Shown: positions 9,038 through 18,912 of the stretch, one piece after another | Numbering within the stretch: the first letter of the stretch is position 1 | How the letters are laid out: each line of letters begins with the position of its first letter | Origin: Clostridia bacterium | GTDB lineage: Bacteria; Bacillota; Clostridia; Christensenellales; CAG-138 | Reading direction: 5' to 3' | Assembly (NCBI GenBank): GCA_036651815.1 | Contig: JAVVXB010000001.1 | Span: 62,640 to 126,639 of the forward strand | Length of the DNA: 64,000 nucleotides | The notes under the pieces: model-generated | Told to the model about the DNA's origin: nothing | Seen by the model: only the letters and a program-made list of their open reading frames with translations | Database searches by the model: none | Program-made: the position numbers and the translations under genes

Positions 9038-12000
9038 TAAAGCTTGACCTATTCGGCTTCAAATCCTTTGCCCGGAAAACTGAGATTGCATTTGGTGACG
9101 GCGTGACAGCCGTCATTGGCCCAAACGGGAGTGGCAAGAGCAATATTTCCGATGCCATCCGCTGGGTGCTTGGCGAGCAGAGCGCAAAGGCGCTGCGCGG
9201 AGCCAAGATGGAGGACGTGATTTTTAACGGTACGGAACAGCGCAAAGCGCAGGCGTACTGCGAAGTAACGTTGACATTTGACAACGCGGATGGCAAACTA
9301 AACATCCCATATGCCGAGGTGGCGATTACACGCCGGGTATACCGCTCTGGTGAAAGTGAATATTGCATCAACAAATCACCTTGCCGTCTTAAGGACGTTC
9401 AGGAACTGTTTCGGGATACAGGCATTGGCAAGGACGGCTATTCCATTATCAGCCAAGGGAAGGTTGATGAAATTCTGAGCAACAAATCCAATGAACGCCG
9501 CGCCGCGCTGGAAGAAGCCGCGGGTGTGATGCGTTATCGTGCGCGCAAGGAGGAATCCGAGCGCAAACTGGAAAATACCGAAAAAAACCTCGAACGCATC
9601 GAGGATATCGTAAAGGAACTTTCCGATCGACTTGGTCCGCTCGAGGAACAGAGTGCCTCTGCACGCGCCTATCTGCGCCTGCATGATGAACTCAAGGATC
9701 AAGAGGTTAATCTATTTCTATATCAATACGAACGCAACAACGAACGCCTGATCGCGATCAAGGATGCGATTGAACAGATGAGGGACGAGCAGACGCTGTC
9801 CGGTGCGAGCGAGCAGACGCTGCTTGAGGAATGCGCGGCGCTGGAAGAACAGGTACATGCGCTGGATGCCTCCCTTTCCGAACAGCAGAACAAACTGATG
9901 GCGTTGCTTTCCAAAGTCGAGTCCCATGTGGGTGAGAGCCACGTGCTGACCGAGCGGCGGGCACATGCCCAGAGCGAGTGCATGCGCATTGCAGCGGAAC
10001 GGCAGGCCAATGCTGACCGCCGCACAGAATTGATGGCAGCACTTGAGCATATGGAAGCGGACGATGCGCAGACCGTGGCGCTGAGTATGTTGGATACAGA
10101 CATTGTGCGTACGGAAAAAAAGCTTACCTTGCTGGATGCCCGGGTAGAACAATCGGAAGCGGATCTGGAGACGCTGAAGAATAGTATCATGGAAGCCATG
10201 AACCGCATGTCTGATTTTCGGAGCGATATCTCCCGCTTTGATGCGATGAAAGCGGCCATCGAAACACGACTTACCGCACTCAACGAGGAAGAAAGCCGGC
10301 AGGAAACAGAAAAAACGCGGCTACAGCAGGAACTTTCCGCGGCCGAACAGCTGCATGGCGAGACGTTTAGACAGCTTTCTACTGTTAAAAATAATTTTGA
10401 GGGTGCGATTGCGCACCGTTATGCGGTGCAGGACGCCTATTCATGTTTGCAGGAACAGACGCAGAAAGATGAACAACAGCTTTCGAGTCTACAATCCCGT
10501 CTGCATGTGTTGCAGGAAATGTCCAAATCTCGTGAGGGATACTATGCCAGTGTCAAGAACATCCTGCGGGACGCGGACAGGGATACAAATCTCTCCCGTG
10601 CGATTGTGGGGGTTGTGGCGGAATTGATCCGCGTACCCAAAGAATATGAGACGGCCGTTACTATGGCGTTGGGTTCCAGTCTGCAAAACATCGTTACGCC
10701 CACCGCGGAAGATGCAAAATACGTCATCGAATACCTGCGGCGGCAGGACTATGGACGGGCGACATTGCTGCCGATGACACTGCTGAACCCGGGACGGATC
10801 AGCCAGAGTGAACGGGGATTGTTGGAAATGCCGGGCGTTATCGGTGTGGGCAGCGAACTGGTTGACTGCGATGCAAACGTGCGCGCTGCGGTGGATCATC
10901 TGCTGGGGCGGACGGTGATTGTCAATAATCTTGACAGTGGCATCGCTCTAAAAAAACGATCCCATGGGGCGTTTCATATTGCAACTCTGGAGGGCGATAT
11001 CATCAGCAGTGGCGGCAGTATGAGCGGCGGTAGCATGCAGAAGCGGTCGTTCTCACTGCTGGGACGTGAGCGTGAGATGGCGGAGTTGACGGCGTCGGTG
11101 ATGGGCCGCGAAAAGTCACTTGCTTCGAGTAAGGAGTCACTCCGGGAAAAGGAGCGCGAGTTGCTGCAATGCGATGTTCAGGTGGATGCGTTTCGCAACA
11201 CGTTGCACGGCGGTGAGCTTGAGCAGACCAAACAGAACGAGCAGATGGAGATCATCAAGCGTGATGCGGACAACGCTGCGCAAAAACGCGCATTGCTTGC
11301 TGCGGAACGCGTACAGCTGAACGAAAATATCAACGATATCGAACAGAACCGTATACAGGCAGAGTCCGAGCAAACAGCGATTGCGCAGGGCAATGCGGTT
11401 ACGCGCGAGGATGTGATAAACGCCCAAAGCGTACTGTCCGAGTTGCGGCTGGAGCGGGAATCCGTTTCGACGGAGCTGACGGAGCAGAAGGTGCGGCGCA
11501 TGGCGCTTGTAAAGGAACGTGACGCGGTGCAAAGCGAGCATAAGCGCCTTCAAAATGAGCGGGAGCAGACGGAGCGCGCCTGCAAAAAACTGGATGACGC
11601 ACTGCAAGAAAACCAACTGCTTATGAGTAGCGTAGATGTAAAGATGAACGAGATGCTTTCCGGCATTTCGGCTGAACAGGAACACGCGGATACGGAAAAG
11701 GAATGCCAACGAAAGATGGAGGAGGAACGCGCGAAACTTTCCGATTCACTCAGTGAGATGCGGGTTCGTCGCGAGACGATGCTATCCACTGACCGGGATC
11801 TATCCGATCGCCTGCATAAGCAAGAGTTGCTGCAAAGCCGACTGGAGATGGAACTTGCCAATATGCAGGATCATATTTGGGAAGAATATGAGTTGACGTA
11901 TGAAAACGCGCTGGCCTTTAAACGTGAGCTTGCCATAGGAACCATCAACACGCGTATCGGTGAAATCAAAACGGAAATTCGCGCGCTTGGCGATATTAAC

Positions 12001-12591
12001 CTGAGCGCCATTGACGATTATAAGGCTGTGCTGGAGCGATACACGTCCCTGCATACGCAGTGCGAGGATCTGTTGCATGCAAAAGCGGATTTGGAGACGC
12101 TCATTGTAGAGTTGACCGATACCATGCAGGTTATGTTTCTGCGGCAGTTTAAAGAGATTCAACAGAATTTTTCAAAGGTGTTTTCAGAACTGTTCGGCGG
12201 CGGGCATGCGGAGCTCCGCCTGGCTGACCAGGACGATGTGCTGGCCTGCGATATCGATATCATCGCGCAGCCGCCAGGCAAGAAGCTTCAGTTGCTCTCA
12301 CTGCTTTCGGGCGGAGAACGCGCACTGACGGCCATTGCACTGCTGTTTGCTATGCTTAAACTGAAGCCACCGGCTTTCTGCGTGCTGGATGAAATCGAAA
12401 GTTCGCTGGACGAGGTCAATGTGACGCGTTTTGCAGACTATGTCAAGGCCTATTCCGACGAAACGCAGTTCATTCTGATTACACATAGAAAGGGCAGTAT
12501 GGAGGTTTGCAACATCCTCTACGGTGTATCCATGGAAGAGAAGGGCATCAGCAAAATTGTATCCGCAAAATTTGGGGAGGCTGCATCATGA
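9028..12591 (+). CDS. smc: Chromosome segregation protein SMC
   Basis: 1187 aa. Walker A GPNGSGKSN, long coiled coils, a hinge, and C-terminal LSGGERALTAIALLFA plus Walker B FCVLDEIES. Confidence 0.95.
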   Translation: MRLIKLDLFGFKSFARKTEIAFGDGVTAVIGPNGSGKSNISDAIRWVLGEQSAKALRGAKMEDVIFNGTEQRKAQAYCEVTLTFDNADGKLNIPYAEVAITRRVYRSGESEYCINKSPCRLKDVQELFRDTGIGKDGYSIISQGKVDEILSNKSNERRAALEEAAGVMRYRARKEESERKLENTEKNLERIEDIVKELSDRLGPLEEQSASARAYLRLHDELKDQEVNLFLYQYERNNERLIAIKDAIEQMRDEQTLSGASEQTLLEECAALEEQVHALDASLSEQQNKLMALLSKVESHVGESHVLTERRAHAQSECMRIAAERQANADRRTELMAALEHMEADDAQTVALSMLDTDIVRTEKKLTLLDARVEQSEADLETLKNSIMEAMNRMSDFRSDISRFDAMKAAIETRLTALNEEESRQETEKTRLQQELSAAEQLHGETFRQLSTVKNNFEGAIAHRYAVQDAYSCLQEQTQKDEQQLSSLQSRLHVLQEMSKSREGYYASVKNILRDADRDTNLSRAIVGVVAELIRVPKEYETAVTMALGSSLQNIVTPTAEDAKYVIEYLRRQDYGRATLLPMTLLNPGRISQSERGLLEMPGVIGVGSELVDCDANVRAAVDHLLGRTVIVNNLDSGIALKKRSHGAFHIATLEGDIISSGGSMSGGSMQKRSFSLLGREREMAELTASVMGREKSLASSKESLREKERELLQCDVQVDAFRNTLHGGELEQTKQNEQMEIIKRDADNAAQKRALLAAERVQLNENINDIEQNRIQAESEQTAIAQGNAVTREDVINAQSVLSELRLERESVSTELTEQKVRRMALVKERDAVQSEHKRLQNEREQTERACKKLDDALQENQLLMSSVDVKMNEMLSGISAEQEHADTEKECQRKMEEERAKLSDSLSEMRVRRETMLSTDRDLSDRLHKQELLQSRLEMELANMQDHIWEEYELTYENALAFKRELAIGTINTRIGEIKTEIRALGDINLSAIDDYKAVLERYTSLHTQCEDLLHAKADLETLIVELTDTMQVMFLRQFKEIQQNFSKVFSELFGGGHAELRLADQDDVLACDIDIIAQPPGKKLQLLSLLSGGERALTAIALLFAMLKLKPPAFCVLDEIESSLDEVNVTRFADYVKAYSDETQFILITHRKGSMEVCNILYGVSMEEKGISKIVSAKFGEAAS

Positions 12592-13502
12592 ATGATTCTA
12601 ACAATACTTTTCAAAAGTGGAGAAAGGGGCTGGGCCGTACCCGATCCGGTTTGTTTGCAAAGCTGTTTCATACGGGCGCACGCGTAGACGAAGCATTTTT
12701 TGAAGAACTGGAAGAAGCAATGATCCTCGCCGATATGGGGATAGAGACCACCGAAAATCTTCTCTGTGCGTTACGGGATCGGTGTAAGGAAGAAAAAATC
12801 ACAAATCCTGAGGAAGCGCGCGGCATTCTTGCTGATTTGATAGCCGAAGCGGTGCGCCCTCAAAAACCCTTTGCACCGGATAATGGACCGGCGGTGCTGT
12901 TGATTGTAGGGGTCAACGGCGTAGGCAAGACGACTTCCATCGGAAAGCTGGCCAACAGTTATCGGCAGCAGGGCAGACGCGTGATGCTGGCGGCGGCGGA
13001 TACGTTCCGCGCGGCGGCGGCAGAACAGCTCGGCGAATGGGCAAAGCGCGCGGAGGTTTTGATGGTGCGCCACAACGAAGGCGCAGATCCGGCGGCAGTT
13101 GTGTTTGACGCCATTGCATCCTACAAGGCCAAGGGTAGCGAACTGCTCCTCTGCGACACGGCGGGACGGCTGCACAACAAGGCCAACCTGATGAACGAGC
13201 TTAGCAAGATCAAGCGCATTATCGGGCGCGAGCTTCCGGATATTCCCTGCGAGGTGCTGCTTGTGCTGGATGCGGTGACTGGGCAGAACGCGGTGACGCA
13301 GGCCAGGATGTTCCGGGAATGCTGCGATTTGGACGGCGTTATTTTGACCAAGCTGGATGGCACGGCCAAAGGCGGCGTGGTGGTATCCATCGCGGATGCA
13401 CTGCATGTGCCAGTTCGGTTTGTTGGCGTAGGCGAGGGAATTGACGATCTGCAGGTGTTCAACCCAGAGCTGTTTGCCGAGGCGCTTTTAGAGCAGGAAT
13501 AG
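12588..13502 (+). CDS. ftsY: Signal recognition particle receptor FtsY
   Basis: ATG 12588 overlaps the smc stop (ATGA). [20 protein letters not shown] and [10 protein letters not shown] are the SRP-GTPase motifs. Confidence 0.95.
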   Translation: MNDSNNTFQKWRKGLGRTRSGLFAKLFHTGARVDEAFFEELEEAMILADMGIETTENLLCALRDRCKEEKITNPEEARGILADLIAEAVRPQKPFAPDNGPAVLLIVGVNGVGKTTSIGKLANSYRQQGRRVMLAAADTFRAAAAEQLGEWAKRAEVLMVRHNEGADPAAVVFDAIASYKAKGSELLLCDTAGRLHNKANLMNELSKIKRIIGRELPDIPCEVLLVLDAVTGQNAVTQARMFRECCDLDGVILTKLDGTAKGGVVVSIADALHVPVRFVGVGEGIDDLQVFNPELFAEALLEQE

Positions 13503-13679
13503 GGTTGCGGCTATTGATATGATGCCAATCGTGGGATCGCTAGCAGGGGGAAGGATGACTTTCCCAGCGCGGGTGTGTTTTAGAATTACACGAAAAACGT
13601 TTTCGATACTTATTTGCGAGTACTGCACTCATAATTCAAGATTTATCGTTTGTAAACCTGCGTATTCAAGGCCTGAACG

Positions 13680-13698
13680 GATTAAAAATCCACTTAAA
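13680..13698. repeat. Copy 1 of an imperfect 19-nt direct repeat in the ftsY-ylxM spacer
   Basis: GATTAAAAATCCACTTAAA matches copy 2 at 16 of 19 positions; the copies start 63 nt apart. Confidence 0.5.
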
Positions 13699-13742
13699 GT
13701 CATGAACTTTTCTTTTGGCAGCATGCTCAAAATTCACAAATA

Positions 13743-13761
13743 GATCAAAAAACCACTTGAA
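13743..13761. repeat. Copy 2 of the imperfect 19-nt direct repeat
   Basis: GATCAAAAAACCACTTGAA. See copy 1. Confidence 0.5.
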
Positions 13762-13847
13762 ACCACATAATCCTCTTTTCAAAACTTGTCTAAAACACAT
13801 AAATAAAGGCGGGCTTAAAAACCATAGAAATAACGATGAGAACGCGG

Positions 13848-13875
13848 TTGACTTTTGCCAGATAATCCGTATAAT
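13848..13875 (+). promoter_or_regulatory. Putative sigma-A promoter for ylxM-ffh
   Basis: TTGACT (13848-13853), a 16-nt spacer, then TATAAT (13870-13875). A 7-bp hairpin (13884-13905) lies in the predicted 5' UTR. Confidence 0.5.
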
Positions 13876-13918
13876 AAGTAAGGTGTAAAGTAAAAAAGCT
13901 TTACAGACGGGACACGCA

Positions 13919-14251
13919 ATGGACAGACTGATTACACTGGGACAATTGTTGGATTGGTACGGCACGTTTCTGACGGAGCGGCAGCGGTCGCTTGTGCGAC
14001 AATATGCCTACGAGGATTGTTCGCTGACAGAAATTGCGGAACGTGAAAGCGTGAGCCGGCAGGCCGTACGGGATGCGATCAGCCGTGCGGAGCGGGAACT
14101 CTCCAACATGGAGCAAAAGCTGCATCTGATCCAGAAACATACGGACATGCAAAAACTGTTGACCCAGATGCAGGAAATGACCGATGATCCTGCCCTACGG
14201 GATAAGATCATGGAACTGACAACAATACTGGAGGACGACGATGGCGTTTGA
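13919..14251 (+). CDS. ylxM: YlxM (UPF0122) sigma-70-region-4-like HTH protein
   Basis: LLDWYGTFLTERQRSLVRQYAYEDCSLTEIAERESVSRQAVRDAISRAE matches YlxM. It is located directly upstream of ffh and overlaps it. Confidence 0.85.
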   Translation: MDRLITLGQLLDWYGTFLTERQRSLVRQYAYEDCSLTEIAERESVSRQAVRDAISRAERELSNMEQKLHLIQKHTDMQKLLTQMQEMTDDPALRDKIMELTTILEDDDGV

Positions 14252-15578
14252 AGGCATCAGCGAAAAACTGCAATCTGTGTTCAAAAAGCTGACCGGGCGC
14301 GGCAAGCTCTCCGAAAAAGATGTCACGGAGGCAATGCGTGAGATCAAACTTGCGTTGCTGGAGGCGGACGTCAACTTTCTTGTTGTCAAACAGTTTGTCA
14401 AAACCGTTACGGAGCGGGCGGTTGGGCATGAGGTGCTTGACAGCCTGACCCCCGGACAACAGGTGATTGGCATTGTCAATGAAGAACTGACCAAGCTCAT
14501 GGGCGGCGAGAATGCCAAGCTCAATTTTGGCGATAAAAAACCTGCGGTCATCCTGATGGCCGGGTTGCAGGGCGCGGGCAAAACGACTATGTGCGGGAAA
14601 CTTGGTGCGTTGCTGGTGAAACAGCACAACAAGGCACCGCTGCTTGTAGCCTGCGATATTTACCGTCCGGCAGCCATTCAGCAACTTCAGGTGGTTGGAG
14701 CGAAGACGGAGCTACCCGTATTCGAACGTGGCCAGCAGGATCCCGTTAAAACGGCTAGAGAAGCGGTTGAAGAAGCCAAGCGCACCTTTCGAGATGTGGT
14801 AATTTTAGATACGGCAGGCCGTCTGCACATCGATGGGGACATGATGGACGAGCTGGTCAACATCGTCAAAGCTGTTAACCCTGTGGAAGTGCTGCTAGTT
14901 GTCGATGCCATGACTGGCCAGGACGCTGTCAATGTAGCCAAAACATTCAACGAAACCATTGAGTTGACGGGGGTGGTGCTGACCAAGCTCGACGGGGATA
15001 CCCGCGGCGGCGCGGCGTTGTCCGTGCGCCAGGTGACGGGTAAACCCATCAAGTTTGCTGGCATTGGAGAGAAGCTGACCGACATCGAGCCATTCCATCC
15101 GGATCGCATGGCCTCTCGGATTCTTGGGATGGGCGATGTCTTGAGCCTCATCGAAAAGGCTCAGAGTGTGTTCGATGAGAAAAAAGCCACGCAACTGATG
15201 GGAAAACTGAAAAACGACGGTTTTACGCTGGATGATTTCCTTGATCAGATGGAACAGATGCAGAACATGGGCAGCATGGAGGATATTCTCAAGATGATCC
15301 CCGGGATGAAACCGGGTCAACTGCAGGGCGCACAGATCGATGAAAAAGCGCTTGCGCATACCAAGGCCATCATACGGTCCATGACCAAGCGAGAACGCGC
15401 CAATCCGGACGTACTCAATGCCGGTCGCAGAAAGCGCATTGCCCGGGGCAGTGGAACGAGCGTGCAGGAGGTCAACCGCCTGATGAACCAGTTCAATGCT
15501 TCCCGGCAGATGATGAAGCAGCTTACCGGCGGCCGATTTAAAAAAGGACGCAAAGGCGGATTCCCATTTGGCATGTAA
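14241..15578 (+). CDS. ffh: Signal recognition particle protein Ffh
   Basis: [20 protein letters not shown] and [13 protein letters not shown] GTPase motifs, plus a Met-rich M domain at the C-terminus. Confidence 0.97.
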   Translation: MAFEGISEKLQSVFKKLTGRGKLSEKDVTEAMREIKLALLEADVNFLVVKQFVKTVTERAVGHEVLDSLTPGQQVIGIVNEELTKLMGGENAKLNFGDKKPAVILMAGLQGAGKTTMCGKLGALLVKQHNKAPLLVACDIYRPAAIQQLQVVGAKTELPVFERGQQDPVKTAREAVEEAKRTFRDVVILDTAGRLHIDGDMMDELVNIVKAVNPVEVLLVVDAMTGQDAVNVAKTFNETIELTGVVLTKLDGDTRGGAALSVRQVTGKPIKFAGIGEKLTDIEPFHPDRMASRILGMGDVLSLIEKAQSVFDEKKATQLMGKLKNDGFTLDDFLDQMEQMQNMGSMEDILKMIPGMKPGQLQGAQIDEKALAHTKAIIRSMTKRERANPDVLNAGRRKRIARGSGTSVQEVNRLMNQFNASRQMMKQLTGGRFKKGRKGGFPFGM

Positions 15579-15636
15579 GGCGAATAACGTAGATACGTTT
15601 TCGATAGACAGAAAGAAAAATTTGGAGGAAACAAAA

Positions 15637-15879
15637 ATGCTTAAGATCAGACTGCGCCGCATGGGCGCCAAGAAGGCCCCTTACTACCGTATCGTCGTTG
15701 CGGATTCTCGCTCGCCTCGCAATGGTGCGTTTGTGGAGGAGATTGGCTACTACAATCCCATTTCGAATCCCGTAGAGCTGAAGATCAACAACGAGCATGC
15801 GGCCGAGTGGATCAAGAATGGCGCGCAGCCAACTGAAACTGTTCGCGCATTGCTCAAAAAGAGCGGCGCGATTGTTTGA
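15637..15879 (+). CDS. rpsP: 30S ribosomal protein S16
   Basis: [38 protein letters not shown]. Confidence 0.95.
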   Translation: MLKIRLRRMGAKKAPYYRIVVADSRSPRNGAFVEEIGYYNPISNPVELKINNEHAAEWIKNGAQPTETVRALLKKSGAIV

Positions 15880-15886
15880 GGACGAA

Positions 15887-16123
15887 ATGATGGAGGAACT
15901 GGTTCGGTTCATCGCAAAAAACCTTGTGGACGATCCGGATGCGGTGACGGTTACATCCAAGGAAGACTGTGGCGACAGGGTGGTTGAGCTTTCCGTCGCA
16001 CCCTCCGACATGGGTAAGGTCATCGGTCGCCAAGGCCGCATTGCAAAGGCGATTCGTACGGTCGTTAAGGCTGCCAGCGTCAAGGAAGACAAAAAAATTA
16101 TGGTTGAAATCGTTGAGAAATGA
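15887..16123 (+). CDS. khpA: KH-domain RNA-binding protein (YlqC/KhpA)
   Basis: 78 aa. The GKVIGRQGRIAKAIRTV KH motif, and the conserved position between rpsP and rimM. Confidence 0.85.
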   Translation: MMEELVRFIAKNLVDDPDAVTVTSKEDCGDRVVELSVAPSDMGKVIGRQGRIAKAIRTVVKAASVKEDKKIMVEIVEK

Positions 16124-16634
16124 GTATCTGCGCATCGGACAGATCGTGCGTGCGCACGGTGTACATGGCGACATCAAGCTTCTGCCGCTGACCGACGATC
16201 CCGCGCGTTTTAAGATGCTCACAGATGCATATATTGAGCAGAGGGGAACGTTTTTGCCGGCGAAGGTTGGCAACGTTCGCTTGCAACCGCCGGATGCGTG
16301 CATTTTGCATGTGGAGGGTTGTGAAACCGTTGAAACGGCAGAGCAACTGAAAAATGCATATCTTTGCGTAGACCGTGCGCATGCGGTCAAATTGCCAGCA
16401 GATACCTATTTTGTGGCAGATCTAATCGGTTGTCAAACATTTGATACCGAAGGAAATGCCTTTGGACGGATTTCCGATGTGTTGGAAACCGGCGCAAACG
16501 ACGTCTATGAGATTGAAGCGGGCAAGCTGATGGTACCTGCTCTCAAGCGTGTGCTGCATGAAGTGGATCTTGAACAGCTTCGCATTGTTTTCAATGCGGC
16601 TGTGTTGCGGGAGGTGGGTCTGTTTGCGGATTGA
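16113..16634 (+). CDS. rimM: 16S rRNA processing protein RimM
   Basis: LRIGQIVRAHGVHGDIKL (RimM N-terminal barrel) plus a PRC-barrel C-terminus. No ATG is available; the TTG at 16113 (or 16104) overlapping the khpA stop is the likely start. Confidence 0.85.
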   Translation: MRNEYLRIGQIVRAHGVHGDIKLLPLTDDPARFKMLTDAYIEQRGTFLPAKVGNVRLQPPDACILHVEGCETVETAEQLKNAYLCVDRAHAVKLPADTYFVADLIGCQTFDTEGNAFGRISDVLETGANDVYEIEAGKLMVPALKRVLHEVDLEQLRIVFNAAVLREVGLFAD

Positions 16635-17316
16635 TGTGCTTTCGCTATTTCCGGAGATGTTTTTGCAACCAATGTCGGCCAGCATGCTTGGCCGGGCGCA
16701 AACCAATGGCCTACTCGAGATCCGGACTCATAATATTCGGGACTATGCCGACAATAAACATCATAAAACGGATGATTATCCCTTTGGCGGCGGTGCGGGC
16801 ATGGTGATGATGGTGCAACCGATTGTGGACTGCGTCAACGCAGTGCTCGATGGTGCACCTGCCAGACGCATTCTGCTGACGCCTCGCGGCAGACTGCTGA
16901 CGCCAGAACTGGCCAGAGAGCTTGCAAACGAACCCCGGCTCTTACTGGTTTGCGGCCATTATGAGGGTGTGGACGAGCGGGCCATGAGCGTACTGGATGA
17001 GGAGATCAGCATCGGCGACTATGTGCTTACGGGTGGCGAGTTGCCAGCGATGGTGCTGATTGATTGCGTGAGCCGCTTCGTGCCAGGGGTACTGGGCAGC
17101 GAGGACAGCGCTGAAGAAGAGTCTTTTTCAGAAGGGCTGCTGGAATACTCACAATATACGCGGCCCGCAGATTTTCGCGGTATGCAGGTGCCGGAGATCC
17201 TGCTCAACGGCCACCATGCCAACATCAAACAATGGCGGCTGGAGCGAGCGATACAAAAGACGATGGAACAGCGACCCGAGCTGCTCGAAAAACGGGATAA
17301 TCCGGGACAAAAATGA
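16624..17316 (+). CDS. trmD: tRNA (guanine37-N1)-methyltransferase TrmD
   Basis: The TTG start gives MRIDVLSLFPEMF. DDYPFGGGAGMVM and GHYEGVDER are TrmD signatures. It overlaps the rimM stop. Confidence 0.95.
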   Translation: MRIDVLSLFPEMFLQPMSASMLGRAQTNGLLEIRTHNIRDYADNKHHKTDDYPFGGGAGMVMMVQPIVDCVNAVLDGAPARRILLTPRGRLLTPELARELANEPRLLLVCGHYEGVDERAMSVLDEEISIGDYVLTGGELPAMVLIDCVSRFVPGVLGSEDSAEEESFSEGLLEYSQYTRPADFRGMQVPEILLNGHHANIKQWRLERAIQKTMEQRPELLEKRDNPGQK

Positions 17317-17317
17317 C

Positions 17318-17346
17318 TTGCAATCGTAATTTACGCGTGTTATAAT
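17318..17346 (+). promoter_or_regulatory. Putative sigma-A promoter for rplS (extended -10)
   Basis: TTGCAA (17318-17323), a 17-nt spacer, then TGtTATAAT (-10 at 17341-17346). Confidence 0.55.
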
Positions 17347-17419
17347 CGCGTTTGTGACATCGGACGGTCCTCTTTTCGACATCGAATAAGAACGTCTGGA
17401 ATGAAAGGAGAATATTCAT

Positions 17420-17779
17420 ATGTCGGATATTATCAGAGAACTCGAAAAAGAACAGCTGCGCACCGATCTGCCGGAGTTGCAAGCAGGCGATCAGGTTCGC
17501 GTGTTTGTAAAGGTTATCGAAGGTACGCGTGAGCGTTTGCAAAACTTTGAGGGCGTTGTCATCAAAATCCAGGGTGGCGGCGTACGTAAATCCTTCACTG
17601 TTCGCCGCGTTTCCTATGGTGTTGGCGTGGAAAGAACCTTTCCATACAACAGCCCTCGCATTGGTAAAATCGAAGTGGTTCGCCACGGCGTAGTGCGCCG
17701 AGCGAAGCTTTTTTACCTGCGTGAGCGCTCCGGTAAGTCTGCGAAGATCCGTGAGCGTATTGTGGACAAAAGAAAGTAA
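17420..17779 (+). CDS. rplS: 50S ribosomal protein L19
   Basis: Contains [41 protein letters not shown]. Confidence 0.95.
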   Translation: MSDIIRELEKEQLRTDLPELQAGDQVRVFVKVIEGTRERLQNFEGVVIKIQGGGVRKSFTVRRVSYGVGVERTFPYNSPRIGKIEVVRHGVVRRAKLFYLRERSGKSAKIRERIVDKRK

Positions 17780-17797
17780 TTGCTGCAATAGCAACAG

Positions 17798-17834
17798 AAA
17801 ATCCCCGCAGCCGTCTTGGTTGCGGGGATTTCAT
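17798..17834 (+). terminator. Probable terminator after rplS
   Basis: AAATCCCCGCA-N11-TGCGGGGATTT stem. The downstream T-run is weak (TTTCAT). Confidence 0.6.
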
Positions 17835-17976
17835 ATCCGGTGAAAACGTGACAAATTCTGGCATAAACGTGCGGAAAAGATGCCTTTCGTTGCGCGTATG
17901 CCGGACATGTGCCATAATAAGAATGAATAGAAACGTAGGAAACGGAGCGTGACTTCCGATGGAACGGCAATCCCCC

Positions 17977-18912
17977 ATGCAAATTCAATGGTATCCGGGG
18001 CATATGGCCAAGGCGCGTCGTATGCTCATCGAAAACCTGAAACTGATCGATGTGGTGGTCGAGATAACCGACGCCCGCGCGCCCGCTGCGACGCGCAACC
18101 CGGATTTTGACGATCTGTTTGTGGGCAAGGAACGAGTGATGCTGCTCAACAAAAGCGACTTAGCCGATTCTGCCGCAACCAAACGGTGGATTGCGTACTA
18201 CGCCACCAAGGGGATTTTGGCGGCGGAACTGGTTTCCACAAACAATGGAGCGAAAAAGATTGCAACGGCGCTGATTGAACGGGTTGCCAAGGCAAAGGTG
18301 AGCGCCATGAAAGCAAAGGGCATCAACAAAGTTGTGCGCTGCATGGTAGTTGGAATCCCGAATGTGGGAAAATCTACATTTATCAACCGTCTTGCGGGCG
18401 TCAACCGTGCACAGGTGGAGGATCGCCCTGGTGTAACCAAGGCCAAACAATGGGTGAAAATCACGCCGTATTTGGAGCTGATGGATACCCCCGGCTTGCT
18501 CTGGCCAAAGTTGACCGATCAAAAATACGCGCGCGATTTAGCGTTTCTTGGTTCGATTAACGATGAAATTATGGATATTGAGCGGCTGGCCTGCGAGTTG
18601 TTGACAATTTTGCAAAAGACCTGCCCGGCTGCGCTGACGATGCGGTATAAAAAACTATCCACGGACGTCCCGGAAGCGGAACTGCTTACAGCAGTGTGCC
18701 AAAGCCGTGGGTTCATTATCCGTGGTGGTGAATTCGATAGTGAACGTGCGGCACGTATTGTGCTGGACGAATTCCGCGCGGGGAAGATTGCCCGCGTGAC
18801 GCTGGATTCCGTTCCTGTTGTGCGATTGAAGCAGCCGGTTGAATCTCGGCCGATTTGCACCAAGCCATCCGATGCGGGGTTAAAAGCGGAACGGGATGTG
18901 ACGCCGGTATGA
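17977..18912 (+). CDS. rbgA: Ribosome biogenesis GTPase A (RbgA/YlqF)
   Basis: MQIQWYPGHMAKARR, circularly permuted GTPase motifs (NKSDL ... GIPNVGKST ... DTPG). An alternative upstream ATG lies at 17959. Confidence 0.9.
   Translation: MQIQWYPGHMAKARRMLIENLKLIDVVVEITDARAPAATRNPDFDDLFVGKERVMLLNKSDLADSAATKRWIAYYATKGILAAELVSTNNGAKKIATALIERVAKAKVSAMKAKGINKVVRCMVVGIPNVGKSTFINRLAGVNRAQVEDRPGVTKAKQWVKITPYLELMDTPGLLWPKLTDQKYARDLAFLGSINDEIMDIERLACELLTILQKTCPAALTMRYKKLSTDVPEAELLTAVCQSRGFIIRGGEFDSERAARIVLDEFRAGKIARVTLDSVPVVRLKQPVESRPICTKPSDAGLKAERDVTPV

Noticed and set aside
13680-13765. Possible DnaA-box cluster (sequences such as AATCCACT and TGTGGTTTC).
   Set aside because: These match only 6 of 8-9 positions of TTATCCACA. 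There are just two copies, and the location is not near dnaA or dnaN. This is insufficient for an origin or DnaA-regulated site.
13519-13965. ORFs of 74 aa (+) and 99 aa (-) in the ftsY-ylxM spacer.
   Set aside because: No SD, AT-rich sequence with Phe/Leu/Ile/Lys-biased translation, and no motif. The minus ORF runs through the ylxM promoter and start. I treat the region as non-coding.
17347-17419. Possible L19 (rplS) autoregulatory leader RNA in the 5' UTR.
   Set aside because: I found only a weak 6-7 bp pairing with G-U pairs (CGGACG / CGTCTG) and a GACATCG direct repeat. I cannot verify the conserved leader structure without a covariance-model scan.
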